NCBI GenBank assembly: GCA_001179505.1
Contig: CDMY01000365.1
Coordinates: forward strand, 35,803 to 99,802
DNA: 64,000 bases
Direction: 5' to 3'
Source: Vitrella brassicaformis CCMP3155
Taxonomy: Eukaryota; Protista; Chromerida
Part shown: positions 38,384-50,425 of the stretch, piece by piece
Layout of the letters: each line of letters starts with the position of its first letter
Position numbering within the stretch: position 1 is the stretch's first letter
Notes under the pieces: model-generated
The model's database searches: none
Told to the model about the DNA's origin: nothing
The model's input: the letters and a program-made list of their open reading frames with translations, nothing else
Position numbers and translations under genes: made by a program

Positions 38384-41146
38384 ATGGAGCCTGTGGATTT
38401 CGAGTACCCAACAGCGGGCGGAGTCGGCCGTGAGCTGCTCCGTCAGCTGGCGAGCAGCGGTGGGCAGGGCTCTGACGACGGCCACTCGTCCGACGACGGC
38501 CATTCCTCGTCTGATGACAGCCATGGGGTTCACCATGGGGCCGCTCAAGACGTGCCGTACAGCACACTTGGGGGCTACTTTCTCTTCATCGCCATGGTGC
38601 AGGTGGTGTCGGTGTTTTATCTGTATTACAAGTCGGCCTGCTTCATCGGACACACCAAGATAAACGACCTGAGGTTCGACAAGCGGTTCGACTTGAAGAA
38701 GCCGGGGGCCAAGTCGTTGCCGCCCACCAGATACGTGTGCGTGATTGTGTCCTTCATCGCGGCAATCGAATACACGATCAAGGCCGGCCAGGCCTACGAC
38801 AAGGCCAATGGCGTCGTAAGGATAGACAGACGCACAGACATGCAGAAAGGACAGAATTTCTCTTTGTGTGTGTGTGTGTCAGTTCATCTACTATGACTTC
38901 ACTCACAATATGTACTGGGGCTATGTGGTGCGGACACACACACAGACAGACAGACGGGGGATGAAGAAGAAAGTGGTGTCTCTTGGCGTGTCAGGTGGGA
39001 TGCCCTCTGATCATGGTAGGTAGGGTGACTGACCCACCTACGGACCAATTCACGAAGGAGCAAACACACACAAAGTGCACAGCCGGCCGCCCACTCTCCT
39101 TCCTACCTGCCTGTCCGTCTTTCCATCCAGTATGACTTCACCGAGACACTAAATATGGATGGCTTGATCTTTTTCGCTTCTGGAACATTCGGTGGACTCA
39201 CAATGTGAGCGTCCGAAGGGGAGAAAGAGGATAGACACGAGGGTCGAATTGAGTCGAGACTTTTGTCTGTCTGTCTGCTACAGGGCCAATCTGTCGGAGT
39301 TCATTTGGGGCACCGGGCACTGGGTGTGCTTCTTCTGGGGCGTCTGCATGGTTGGTCTCTCAGTCTATCTGTCACGGACTCGCCTACCTCCCGACTACCT
39401 ATGTGTTGTATCCAGATCGGCACCATCTTCTATCTGCTGATGCAGAGGTGGGCCCAGCCATGCACCAGTATGTCAATTTACTCAGCCGTGCCGGCTGGTG
39501 CTGGGGGGTGTCACAGAGTGTCACAGGTGGTGGGAGTGTGCAGCAAGTACGAGGTCAGCCGGTCAGCGGCGTGGAATCTTCAGTTGGCGGCATTCACCAT
39601 TTTTGCCTCGTGGCCAATCTTCCCACTCTGCTGGTTCATCCGCGATGTAACTAAGAGCACTATGCTCACGTTCCTGGGGCTCTTGTGTATGGGTGTGTTG
39701 CTCTCTGTATGCAGGATCTAGACCCCAGTCACGGCTGGGTGGATTTGTCTGTCATTGAAGTCATTTCCGGCGGTGAGTGTCTGTCTGCTCTGTCTGTCTG
39801 CACAGCCGGACAGACGTATGTGTGTCTGTGTTGCTGCGTGCGCTGTGTCCATATGCAGTTATGGATATCGTGTCGAAGCCCGTGTTCGCCCTCTTCCTTT
39901 GCTGGTACCGCGCTGAGCAGGGTGAGCGACAGAGGAGGATGCCACCAAGCGGCCTTCTCTGCGTGTGTATGTGTGTGGGTGTCTGTTTGCAGAGGAGCTT
40001 CACAAGAAGGAGGTGTTTCAGATGTTGGATTGGATAGCGGGCGATGAGGAGTTGGTCCTGGGCGACGAGAAGGTGGTGCCCGATGAAGTCATCATGGAGA
40101 CAGTCCCTTCAATCATTGTAGTACGTGCACTACCGACGAGAAGTCTTCAAGTCATGTCCCTTACACACTATGTCTCTCTCGCCTTCCTTCCTGCCCGTGC
40201 AGCATTATTCCCACCATCCCCATGGCCCCATGCACGTCGAGAAGGCCAAGAAATGTCAGCCATCCAGCTGCTTGTGTGTCCTTGCTCTCATTATGGCACG
40301 TACCTTGTTGTGTGTCGCAGCCATCCGTACCAAGACAATGAAGTCCAAAGAACTCGACCAAGTGCTGGCCTCCTTCGGCAAGCACGCCCGGCCAGGTTTT
40401 GGCGTCTTCGACGACTTCACCAAGGCCGGCGGCCCCCTCAACCCATACGCCTCCCCATATCCACAATACTTCCCCCCACCACATGGAGCGAACATGCCTC
40501 CCAACGCCTTTTCATCGATGCAGCACGGGAGCCCCTATTATGGAGGCCCGGGACAGGGCCCACCCCCTCCCGTCACGCCGCCAACGAATCCCCAGCAGCA
40601 GCAGCATCAACAGCAGCAGCAAGTCGGTGGGGGCCGTGGTGGAGGGTCACCTCACCAGTCTTCAGGTCTGGACAACGAAGTGGATGCGCTGCGCGCGGAG
40701 ATCGAGAGGCTGCAGGCCAAGGCAGCCGAGAAGTCGGGGCAGCGCATGAGTGGCCACGGGGGCGACAACAACCCACCTGTCACCCCACCACCGTGAGACA
40801 ACCATACAGAGGCCACCCAGGACCCACAGAAGAGGGAACTGATTCCATGATGTGTCTCGCTTGGTCTGTGTGTGTCTGCAGTGACGTGTCTTATAGTCAT
40901 GGTAGCTACAGCGGGCCTTCCTCGGCACTGCCCGTCCATTACGGGGCGGGCTACCCATGGGGCGGCTACTATCCCAATCCGTACTCCATGACACAGCATC
41001 AGCTTCTGATGTTACGTATGTCGACAAATGTGCCATCGATGTGCTGCGCCTGTCACTTGCTTATGGACCGTCCAAATGGGCGAGTAGTATCCTGCCTGCA
41101 CACATGCAGGCAGACATACCTGTTCTGCCTGTTTAGGCATCAGTAG
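38384..41146 (+). CDS. Microbial (type-1) rhodopsin, channelrhodopsin-like (KCR/BCCR-type), with long low-complexity C-terminal tail; 3' end approximate
   Basis: Exons 38384-38815, 38883-38927, 38995-39015, 39131-39204, 39284-39350, 39416-39447, ~39545-39646, 39715-39772 and 39859-39921 splice in phase into 7 hydrophobic helices. Helix C reads MYWGYVVGCPLIMYDF, helix F SWPIFPLCW and helix G VMDIVSKPVFALFL (retinal Lys codon 39876-39878). Confidence 0.85.
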
Positions 41147-41517
41147 ATGCCATATGCCATATTGGCACATTTATTCGTTTCTCCTCCCTCGTATGCACTG
41201 CACTTTGTAACAGAGAAGAGAGTGTCGTCTATCACGAATGTGTGTGCGAGGCCAGTTTGGCTCGCTCTGCTCGTGATTACGGGTAGCGAGGGTGCTAGCT
41301 TCATATGTTGCGTATCGATTTGCTAGAAGTGCTTGTGGGGCTGTGCTTATCTATCGCGTAGAGTGTAGCGGGTGGGTGTGGGCAGACCTTTGCAGATTGA
41401 AGGCCAACCAAGCACAGACAGACAGACAGACAGAAGTAAAGTCCGCATATACAAGGATCGTGTGTTGCGGTCATGCACGTGTGGCTCGTCCTTTATAAAT
41501 CGTCATCACACACCATC

Positions 41518-41540
41518 ACACACACACACACACACACACA
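41518..41540. repeat. (CA)n microsatellite, representative of many (CA)n/(GACA)n/(CACAC)n tracts in introns and spacers
   Basis: Directly visible; similar tracts at 4004-4028, 13801-13830, 19275-19296, 43375-43410 and 48618-48658. Confidence 0.9.
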
Positions 41541-41835
41541 CAGGGACACGCACGTGGACACACTTGAAAAGAATGCATGCACTTGAAAAAAAGTGGCGAC
41601 TGCGTCGGCTAGCCCACAAACCTGCGAAACGACCACTGATGGCTGCTGCTGCTGCTGGTGTACCCATACATAAGATGAGACGTTGCACAAAACGCGTCAA
41701 ACGTCGTGTACGTAGTACCATACGAAAAACGCCTCAGTGCATCCATGGATAACCGCTAACCAACCAACCAATCAACCAAAACAAGCAACTGCAGTCCTAC
41801 CTATGACTTACACTCTAGAACTGGAGACAATTTTA

Positions 41836-43374
41836 TCACTCCTCACCCAGAGAAAAGTCGTCGAGCTGAAAATGGTCGACCGCGTCCTCAAGATTCACAG
41901 CAAGTGCCCTCATCCCCTCGCTGTCCCGTATGTAAGGCGGCGTGGGGATGCCCCCCCTGCCCACACTCCTTTCCTCAGCCGACCTGCTGTCGTCGCCTGT
42001 CGCAACGTTGTTGGCCTCAATGGTCTCTGTGGCCATCGACTCGAACCGCGATGCCAGGTTGGTCCTCGTCTGCTCGAGTGCCATCCTGGTGTCCTGTCTC
42101 TGCTGGTCCGCTCTCCCCCCGTCGCATGACGAGCTGTCGGGCTCGTTCTCTCTTGTTGTGTGTATGGTGTCCTCGGTCTTGAAGGTTATCGACATGCGCT
42201 TCTTGCTGGACTTTTTGCTGACGCCGTGTGTCATCCTTGCAGCATCACCACCAGCGGCGGCGCGGCTGGGTGTCTCGTCAGGTGGTGCCCGGTACTTGTG
42301 TGCGGCTGATGGCTCCGAGACGGTATCGGGATTGGAGTCGTTGTCTGCTGCCGCGTGTGAGAGGCCTGAGGCCTGTTTAGTTGTGTCCGGCTTGGACGTG
42401 AGGCGGGACATCTGCCCGGTCCCCTCGCGAGACATGAATGCCGACATCGCCATGCTCTCGTCGTCAGCCAGATTCAAAAACATCTGAAAACGAGAAGAGA
42501 CGAGACATTCTTTGGGTGCTTGGCGGTGGTCGACCGACGGCGTGCGTACCCTATCGTCTCCTTCGCTGAATCGTTTGGACGTGGCCTTCTTGCGCAGCTC
42601 GGGCGATGTGGTCACCTCCTTTTTATAGTGCCGGTAGGCGCCCATGATGCTGTCCTGCGCGTGAAGCTGCACTTTGGCTGACACGCAGACAGACGGACAC
42701 ACGCATCCAGGAGTGCGCTCTATGTGTGTGTGCTTACACATTTGTGACGGTGCCCTGATCCAGCCCAGTCTCTTGAGTGATCCTGTGTTGAGCGCCTCGA
42801 CAGATATCAGCCGCAGCGTGTCGATCACCTGCACCACGCGGCGAGAGAGGCACGACATCCATACAGTGAAGCTTGCAACAATTGTTGTGGTTGTCGGTCG
42901 AGCGAGTTGACTGGTTGCGTGACCTTTTCCCTGTCGATTGGGTTGAGATTAAAGATGAAGCTCTCGACTTCGTCTTCGCTCATCTTGGCGCACATGGCAA
43001 TGTAGTCACGGAATATCCTGCTCACGGTCATCACCTGCACACACACACACACACAGAGCCAGTCAACTACGTCCACAACAGTTCTCTCCGCCACTGTTGT
43101 GGACAGACCTTGTTGACAACAGGTGTGTGGTGTCTGACCTTCAGTTCATCGTATCCGGGTCGCTTCATCTTGAGGAACCGCCGACACGCGTAGCAGAAGG
43201 CGATGAAAAGCGCCAGGAAGGGGCCGTACGCGGTAAACATCATGAAGCCCTCAAACACCGTCTTGTGCGGGTTCTCCTGCGGTGTGAAAATGGGCACGAA
43301 ATACGAGAGTGCGACGAGACAGCTCAGGAGAAACATCTCCAACACGTTGTAGACCTTGTGCGGCCCTGCCAACA

Positions 43375-43409
<35 letters not shown>

Positions 43410-46400
43410 CAATGGCCTCACGCACACATAATACACTCTCTTCGCCTCTTCATTCGCTCACATGGCCAGAACATGACGAGGTACGCGAGCGCGACCATGT
43501 TGACGAGCATCATGAAGAGCGACTGGAGGTGCGGCTGCTGCCCCGCAACGAGTGCCAGCACCAGGAAGAGCCCCCTCACCCTGATCACAAACTGATAGTA
43601 CCACCTGTCGGCCCGGAACCGCGAGTAAGACACCATGAAGTTGTAGCGGACCCGAAAACCCGCCACGGTAGGGAATTTCCTGCAGCAAACAACGCAAGGG
43701 AGGGAGCGGCTGGCTGCAAAAGACAGGAAGGGATGAGCTGCATATGAGTGAGTGGGGTCGTGCCTGGGTGCATCTCTGACTATCCAGAGGCAGAAGGAGA
43801 GGAAGCCCACGCAGTAGACCAGAAAGGCAAGTATGGCCACGGGAAGCAGCTGAAACCTGCACACATCGCACAACATTCATGAGACGACCGAGGATGCCGT
43901 CGCAGCAACCGATCCATGATTGCACCTCTGACTGACCATTCGTGTTCGTAGCAGAAGAGCGAGGGGTCTGACACCAGGTAGTATCGGCCGTTGGGGTGCT
44001 TGTTGCAAATGAAGAGTTCTAGCGACGCACGAGTCACGGATATGAAGAATGCAGAGAAGAAATGGCCGTACGTGTTGAACAGCTGATGGATGAACCAGAG
44101 AGAGATGCACATGCATGAGTTGTGTTTGGTTGCCTGAGTGCCTGCTGCTTGCCTGACCAGGTTTGCCTTGAGCGGGCTCACAGCGGGAAATATACGGTGG
44201 ATGGCGTGAGACACGAAGTAGGCTACCACGAGGATGAAGCACAGCATCGAGGGAATGAGCACCCTGATACATACCATACACACAGGGCACAACAACATTA
44301 TCATTCATTCAAACCAATGCGGCTGGCGAGCCTCGGCCACTCGCTGCCCTTGACCACCGACCTGATGAGGTATTTGGTCATGAAGGCCTGTGACGATATC
44401 ACACCCACCACACACTCGAAGCGCATGAAGTCAAGATCTGCACACATACATGCACGTGCGTCGAGAGACATCCTTCAAGTGCACTGTCCTTCTGCTCACT
44501 GACTGAAGAGGACTATGCTGAGCACTTCGGTCATCCGTTTCCCCCCGCTGCTGCTCATCTTGGCGTTGGCATAAAGCGTCTCATATAGGGCGACGGCCTG
44601 CATGAAGTTGAGAAGCTGGCCGCCGACGGAAAAAAAGCCCGAGAACGGAGCCGACTTGCGGCGGGCGGGGCTGTTGAGCACGCAGTAGGCCATGCCGGGC
44701 GCCACCAGCAGCGCAACCAAAAACAATACGAGCACGAGTGCGAAGGTGCCTCGGGAGTTGCCGCACTCCGTGCACCGGCCCTTGTAGAGGAAGTAACCCT
44801 CCTTACACACGTCACAGAACTTTCTGCGCGAAAGTTGAGAAGGGACTGGTTGGCTCACTTCATATGTGTCTCTCTGTACCCTTCATATGTGTCGCCGCAC
44901 TCCCCCGGCTGTCTCGGCCGCTCTGTAGCGAAGGCAAATGGGTCATCCGAGTAGAGGGCGCACAGCTGCGTCACTTCGGGGGTGCCGGAGAGATTGCCCG
45001 GGATGCCGCCTCCGAGCAGACCGGTCCTCCCGTCACCAGCTGTGTCGACGTCCGATTTCTTGCAGGGCACCGTGGCGGGGCAGGCGTTTTCGTTGCGGCA
45101 TCTGAAAATGTCCAGCTTCCTGAAGGTCGAAGTGTTGTCGTACTGAGGAACCTCCTTGGCAAAGTACATCAGCTGAAGCACATGGCGGACAAAGACAACA
45201 CAGGAGCAGAGAATGCATTCCATTGGCTGTGTGTCTGTCTATGCTGTCTGTTGGCTCTCGTACGCCGACTGGTGGAGGGAAGCTCTTTTGCCCTGTCGGG
45301 TTGATGCAGCCCTCCTGAGGACAGTGAGGGCAGCAATCAACACGCACAGTCTCTTTCATAGTACACACGGACCTCGCAGCTGCGACATTTGTGCTCGCTC
45401 GGCACATAGTAGTCATCCTCACTACCTGACACATATATTGTGGGTATATACCCACTGGATGGTCGCTGTGTGCATGCGTATTTGCATACAGATATACATA
45501 CATATGCAGTCCTGCTCCGGATTGTCGGCGCCCTCAACGGAAGTCGTGAAAGTCGTAGGACACCTCTGGCCGCACCGCACCCACACACAACGCAACATCA
45601 CACACAGAGCGTGGCCTCCGTGTCTCCTGCCCGCCTTGCTGCCTGCCCACCTTGCAGTCTCTCTGCCCGAGCTCGTCTTGGTACCAGCCCTTCTGACATC
45701 TCAGGCACTCCGCCATGCCATAAGTCGGGGCAAATGTACCTTTGCCCTACATGCACCAATCCAGAAACACACACGCACACGAGAGATGTCCACACAGCGG
45801 CTGGGCTGGCGAGCGCGTGTGGGTAGGGAAGAGTGCTTACACATGGGGTGCACGCGCTGCTTCTCAGGTCGTTGGAGTAGTTGCCTGCACAGTGCAAACG
45901 CATGGTCCATATATGTATTTGTTCCTTCCTGCATGTACATGCACACCTGGTGAGCATGGCAGGCAGTAGGTGGCCCCTTTCTGCCTTGAGTACGTGCCCC
46001 TGGCGCAAAGGCTGCACGTCACCTGCCCCGTGCGGTTGGCGAACTGGCCAGGGGAGCACTCAATGCATTCCTCGCGACCCTCCTGTGGCTGGAAGGACCC
46101 CACGGGGCATTTTTCGCATTCCCACTGGGTGTTCGCGAACTCGCCAGCAGGACACGTCGGAGGTTCCGACCTGACATGATGTGCACATGCATAAGACATA
46201 AATGCACCAAACCCTCTTATGCTGCCCAGCATCATCCACACTTTGGCGGCTCGGTGGTGTTGCCGGCGAACGACCACGGCCCAACCCAGTTCATCTCGCC
46301 GCCTCCAAGTGCGAATGCACCGGGGGTAAGCCACGCCTGCGGCCCGGAGACGCCGGGAATGCCCGTCTGTGGGGCCTCGTTGATGCGGTAGAACTGAGTG

Positions 46401-48622
46401 AGGGGCAGGGCGTCCGCACGGTTGCCCGTCGCGTTGTCAAAGCTGATGTTGCCACCGATCCCTGAGTGGCCATAAAATTCAATTGTCGTGCGGCTGCCTG
46501 CCTCTTGACGTGTGTCTCTATGGTTTGTCTACTAACCGACGACCCCTGGCATCGTTTCGAGCTCGTGCTTCAGCGCGTATCCACGCACTTTCTGAGAGGA
46601 GTGAAGTGAAGCTGTCAGCGGCAAAGACCAAAATGTGTCCGCAGGTGTGCCGCTTACTGAGATGGGGGTGCCTCTGCTGAGCAGTCGGTTTGTAGCTGTG
46701 ATCAACGCCATCATCCCATCAAACGCCCGAGTACCCTGCCACAATATATCATCAACACAAGTCCACCTCCTTAGTTGTGCTTACCCACCTCTCCCTGGGT
46801 CTCTGGGTCGGGTTCGGGTATCTCTTTGAATATGTCCGCGTCAGAATGATTTGCATGGATAAAGCCATACTTGACATAACTCGCAGCCAGACCGCCCTCG
46901 TAGAAGATGCCTACACACGTGCATTTGAGGCACGCTTCGTCTCTGATGCCTAGCTAGACGCACGTGTCTCACCATTCTGGGCAGTGCAGTTGGACTCGCT
47001 CGTGACATTCCGGTCGCAGATGCCCTTCTTGTCACAACCACCTAGGGAGGCAGACAGGAGAAAAAGGGTGGTCTCCCTCCACATGTCGATAGACAGACAA
47101 ACCGTATAAGTAGCACGGCATCGGCTCAGGGAAGTCCGACGGCTTCAGCGTGTTCCAGAAGTCCACAAAGCTGCACGCAAATTCATGAGCATGGAGAAGA
47201 GACATGCATGTGCAGGTCTGCATGTCATTTGTCTTAGTCGACTCACTCACGCGCCATAGTTCTGCCCTCGAACGTCGGTCCGCTCCACCATCCCGCCAGC
47301 AAATTTGCCAATCACGTCCGGCGTCCAGTATAAAGGACTGCACGCATCCATGAGGCACACACACAAGGAAAGTCGCACATTTCCGGAAGGCGTGGCCTTT
47401 TGTGTCGTCGTCTCGACCCCTCTGGGCTGGTGACGATCTCGGACGTGATGAATCGCCAGAAATATCCTTTGCCCACCAAGCCCTTCTCTACCACTAGTGG
47501 CAGGAAGACGGAGAAGCCGCGCTGCATCCGTGAGACACATGGGGAGTGACTATTTGTGCATTTGAGTCGAGTCCTTTCTCTATGTACCGATAAAAAGACC
47601 ACGAAGATTCGATTGCTTGCCGCCTCGATGCTCGCGTCTATTCGGTTGCTCCTGTACACACAGCACCATACATGCCGTATGTGCTTCGATTTGTCCTTGT
47701 CCCATCACTCACTTACGCACCACAGCTGTCTGGTGACTTCGACCACATAGTCATAGGCCTCCTTGGAGTCGAATTCTCGCGGGTCGGGGAACTCTTGCAG
47801 CGACTCGCCACGCAGCTGCAAAGAAACAGAGAGAGAGAAGCTGACACAGTGGTCGTCTGCTCGCTCACTGTGATGTTCTCATCCTTGGTGCAGTAGTCGA
47901 AGCGATTGAATTGTTCCTGTCCTACGCACCCATCCCAAGCAGGCAAGTCATGTTCTATTCGCTTGCCTCGGGGCATACATAAGTCGGTGCCTACCGATGG
48001 TTGTGTCAGGGTAGAAGTATGTGATCCTCTTGAAGCTCCATTTGGTAACGATGCCTCGGTAGGGCTCGCACACCGAACCACCATGCAGCGTCCTGCATGC
48101 ATACATACACGCACAAATAGTCAACAAATAGTCAACAAGAAGGATGTCTTCGTTGACTGACCTGAAGAAATATGGGTAGAAAGACCTCAGCTGCAGATCG
48201 GGGTCCGCGGACAGATCAGACACCTGGACGGTGCCAAATGCAGAACCTGCACGCATCGACGCAAGACGCAAGGCCTTGGCGACTCTCAATCGCACACGGC
48301 TGCCCGTGTGTCTTAGTACGTACCGAGTGATGCTATTGCCCTGCTGGCAGACGATATGTGACAGCACATCAGAGCATTCACTGAACGGCGGTAGAGCACA
48401 ACGCATACGACAGACATACATACAGAGACACGAATACAAGCCAACAGATAGTATACCCGCATTACCTCCTGTGCTGGTCCCTCCGCATGGCCTCATCAGC
48501 TGCGAAAGGAACAGATGACGAACAAACCACCGATGCCGTCAGACCATACGCCATTTCCTTCCCCCTTACCATACCTTCTCTGCCCATTCTATCGTCCGTG
48601 TCTGAAAAAGAAGAGACACAGA

Positions 48623-48658
<36 letters not shown>

Positions 48659-49390
48659 CGTCTCGTGCCATGATGCGTGTATGCGCGGCACAAATACGTA
48701 CGTACGCACACCTGGTTCCCCAGCGTATCGATGATATCCAGCTGGATGTCAAAGTCCCTCTTCTCTGCCTTGGGCACCGGCAACAGCGGCCCGTAGCTTC
48801 GCTCCCAGACAAGCTTGGCAACCAGCGCTTGAATCGGCCAGATCCACGCGAAGCTCTGATACCTGCGGACAGCATCATCTCTACCCGGTGTCGGGATGAG
48901 TCTGTGTGCTCGCACCTGAAATCACCTCCATAGCCCAGGTGAAGGGTGCCATCTGCCGGCGCAGCCGCCGCTGGCCACACGCGGAGAAACACGAGGGTCA
49001 CTGACAGGTGGAAGACCACTCTTGTAGTCCGAGGACTCATGAGGCACCAGCTGTTGATGGATGAATGTGGATGAAATGAGGCAGAGGCTCAAAGAAGAAG
49101 CCCCTCACCCATAACGCGCATGTGCGAGCTTGACATGGGGGAGGTGGGGGCCTCGAGAGAGACCGCCCCCTCCAATACGCGTGTGCACCTGGTCTGCAGC
49201 AGCTCTCTGGGCTTCGCAAAGTCCGGTAAGTCCGGTAAGTGCGACCGTCGTGACGATCCCAGTCGTTTGTCTGGGGGCCTCTGGGGTCAAACTTCAAAGG
49301 CAGCGTGGACTTTCGAAGTTCCCTGTCGCCGCTTGTCTGGTATAGCTTCTCGAATTCTTTCCAAGTAGCCGCTGGTACGGTTCTCAACTT
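41836..49390 (-). CDS. Receptor-like membrane protein: Venus-flytrap (ANF-receptor/class C GPCR-like) ectodomain + GCC2/GCC3 Cys-rich repeats + multi-pass TM region + cytoplasmic tail; 5' end missing
   Basis: VFT motifs DFDIQLDIIDT, GTVQVSDLSADPDLQLRSFYPYFFRS and GIGGNISFDNATGNR...MNWVGP; Cys repeats CEKCPVGSFQPQEGREECIECSPGQFANRTGQVTCSLCARGTYS; about 9-11 hydrophobic segments at 44760-43180. Many exon joins are only approximate. Confidence 0.75.
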
Positions 49391-49440
49391 TGTAAGCCAG
49401 TCAGTCAGGGAGAAAATGGGTCTCGAGATCCCCGTCTCAC

Positions 49441-50425
49441 ACTGTCTGAGCTCGCAGGGCCTCGAGCCCTTTTTCTCCTTACCATGACGGCTGCTCGGGC
49501 CACACCTGCCAGCATCGTATCCAGCTCGAGCAGCTCTGCAGAATGAGTACAGAATCGACCCCAGTCTCAGCAGACTCAGCCCATCCGCCCCCGCCGTCTC
49601 AGGAGGGCGTCTCTGCAGTGGTGGGAGCCGATGCCTCGCCCTTGCAGCCAGCCGCTGGTCCTGTGCGGTGTTGCCCATGCAACGAACGCCAGAACAAGAC
49701 CACTGGATCGAGATGCAAGAGGAAGGGGAAACAGCTGGGCTGCCCCTGTTTCGAGAAAGGCAAGAAGTGCACTAACTGCCATTCCTGTGACCTAGGCATA
49801 TGCGAGAATCGAGAGCCCGAGGACAATAACTCCACCGCCGAGGATTCGAACTCCCCCTCTATTCATCCTCGTGGCTTCCACTCGGATGAGTATTCGTTAC
49901 GAGGCGGATCCGCGTCGTATGTTCCTCCCCAGTGTGCCAGCTGCCACACACGCCCGGCGTCCTCGAGCAAGGGCCTCTGCTATGCTTGCCTCTGCAATGG
50001 TGCCGAGCCTCCCCACCGCCCGCCTCCTGGCATACCCCTCGCTCCCCCTGCTGGCCCTCCGACGTCTTCATTCGTCCAGGAGAAGATGCACGAGGCCTTC
50101 GGAGCCACCGACTTCAATCAGCAGAGCGGCCTCATGGACACCGACTGGCAGCGCTGGCACGCTCGCCTCGGCCCGCTGCGAGGGTGCCTTTGGGATCCAC
50201 CGGGTGCTTCGATGAAGCGGATGGCCCGACTGCTCGCCACCGAGGCTCGTCGCTGGCGTGAGGAGCAGCTGGCGAGTGAGCGCATCCTCATCTGCGCGTG
50301 CACGATTCTCTATCGGGCGCCAGATGTCACTGGCAGCAAGGACATCGCCAAGACGGTGGAGCGGCGGATGGACCAATGGGAGAAGGGCGACTTTGAGCAG
50401 CTCGTGCAGGAGGCTGAGCGGAACA
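49441..50425 (+). mobile_element. Non-LTR retrotransposon copy 1 (5' part, open ORF from 49543), truncated by assembly gap
   Basis: Near-identical to 62053 onward, starting at the same sequence actgtctgagctcgcagggcctc; the ORF stays open until the N-run. Confidence 0.85.

Noticed and set aside
1-49000. Hundreds of overlapping or antisense ORFs of 60-440 aa in the track
   Set aside because: Expected shadow frames of GC-rich coding DNA and microsatellite introns (CVCVC, THTHT, DRQTD translations); no motifs.
49037-49678. ORF MGNTAQDQ... as the receptor N-terminus
   Set aside because: Its first part is the antisense strand of the retroelement 5' end plus intron; only LRTVPAATW onward looks exonic.
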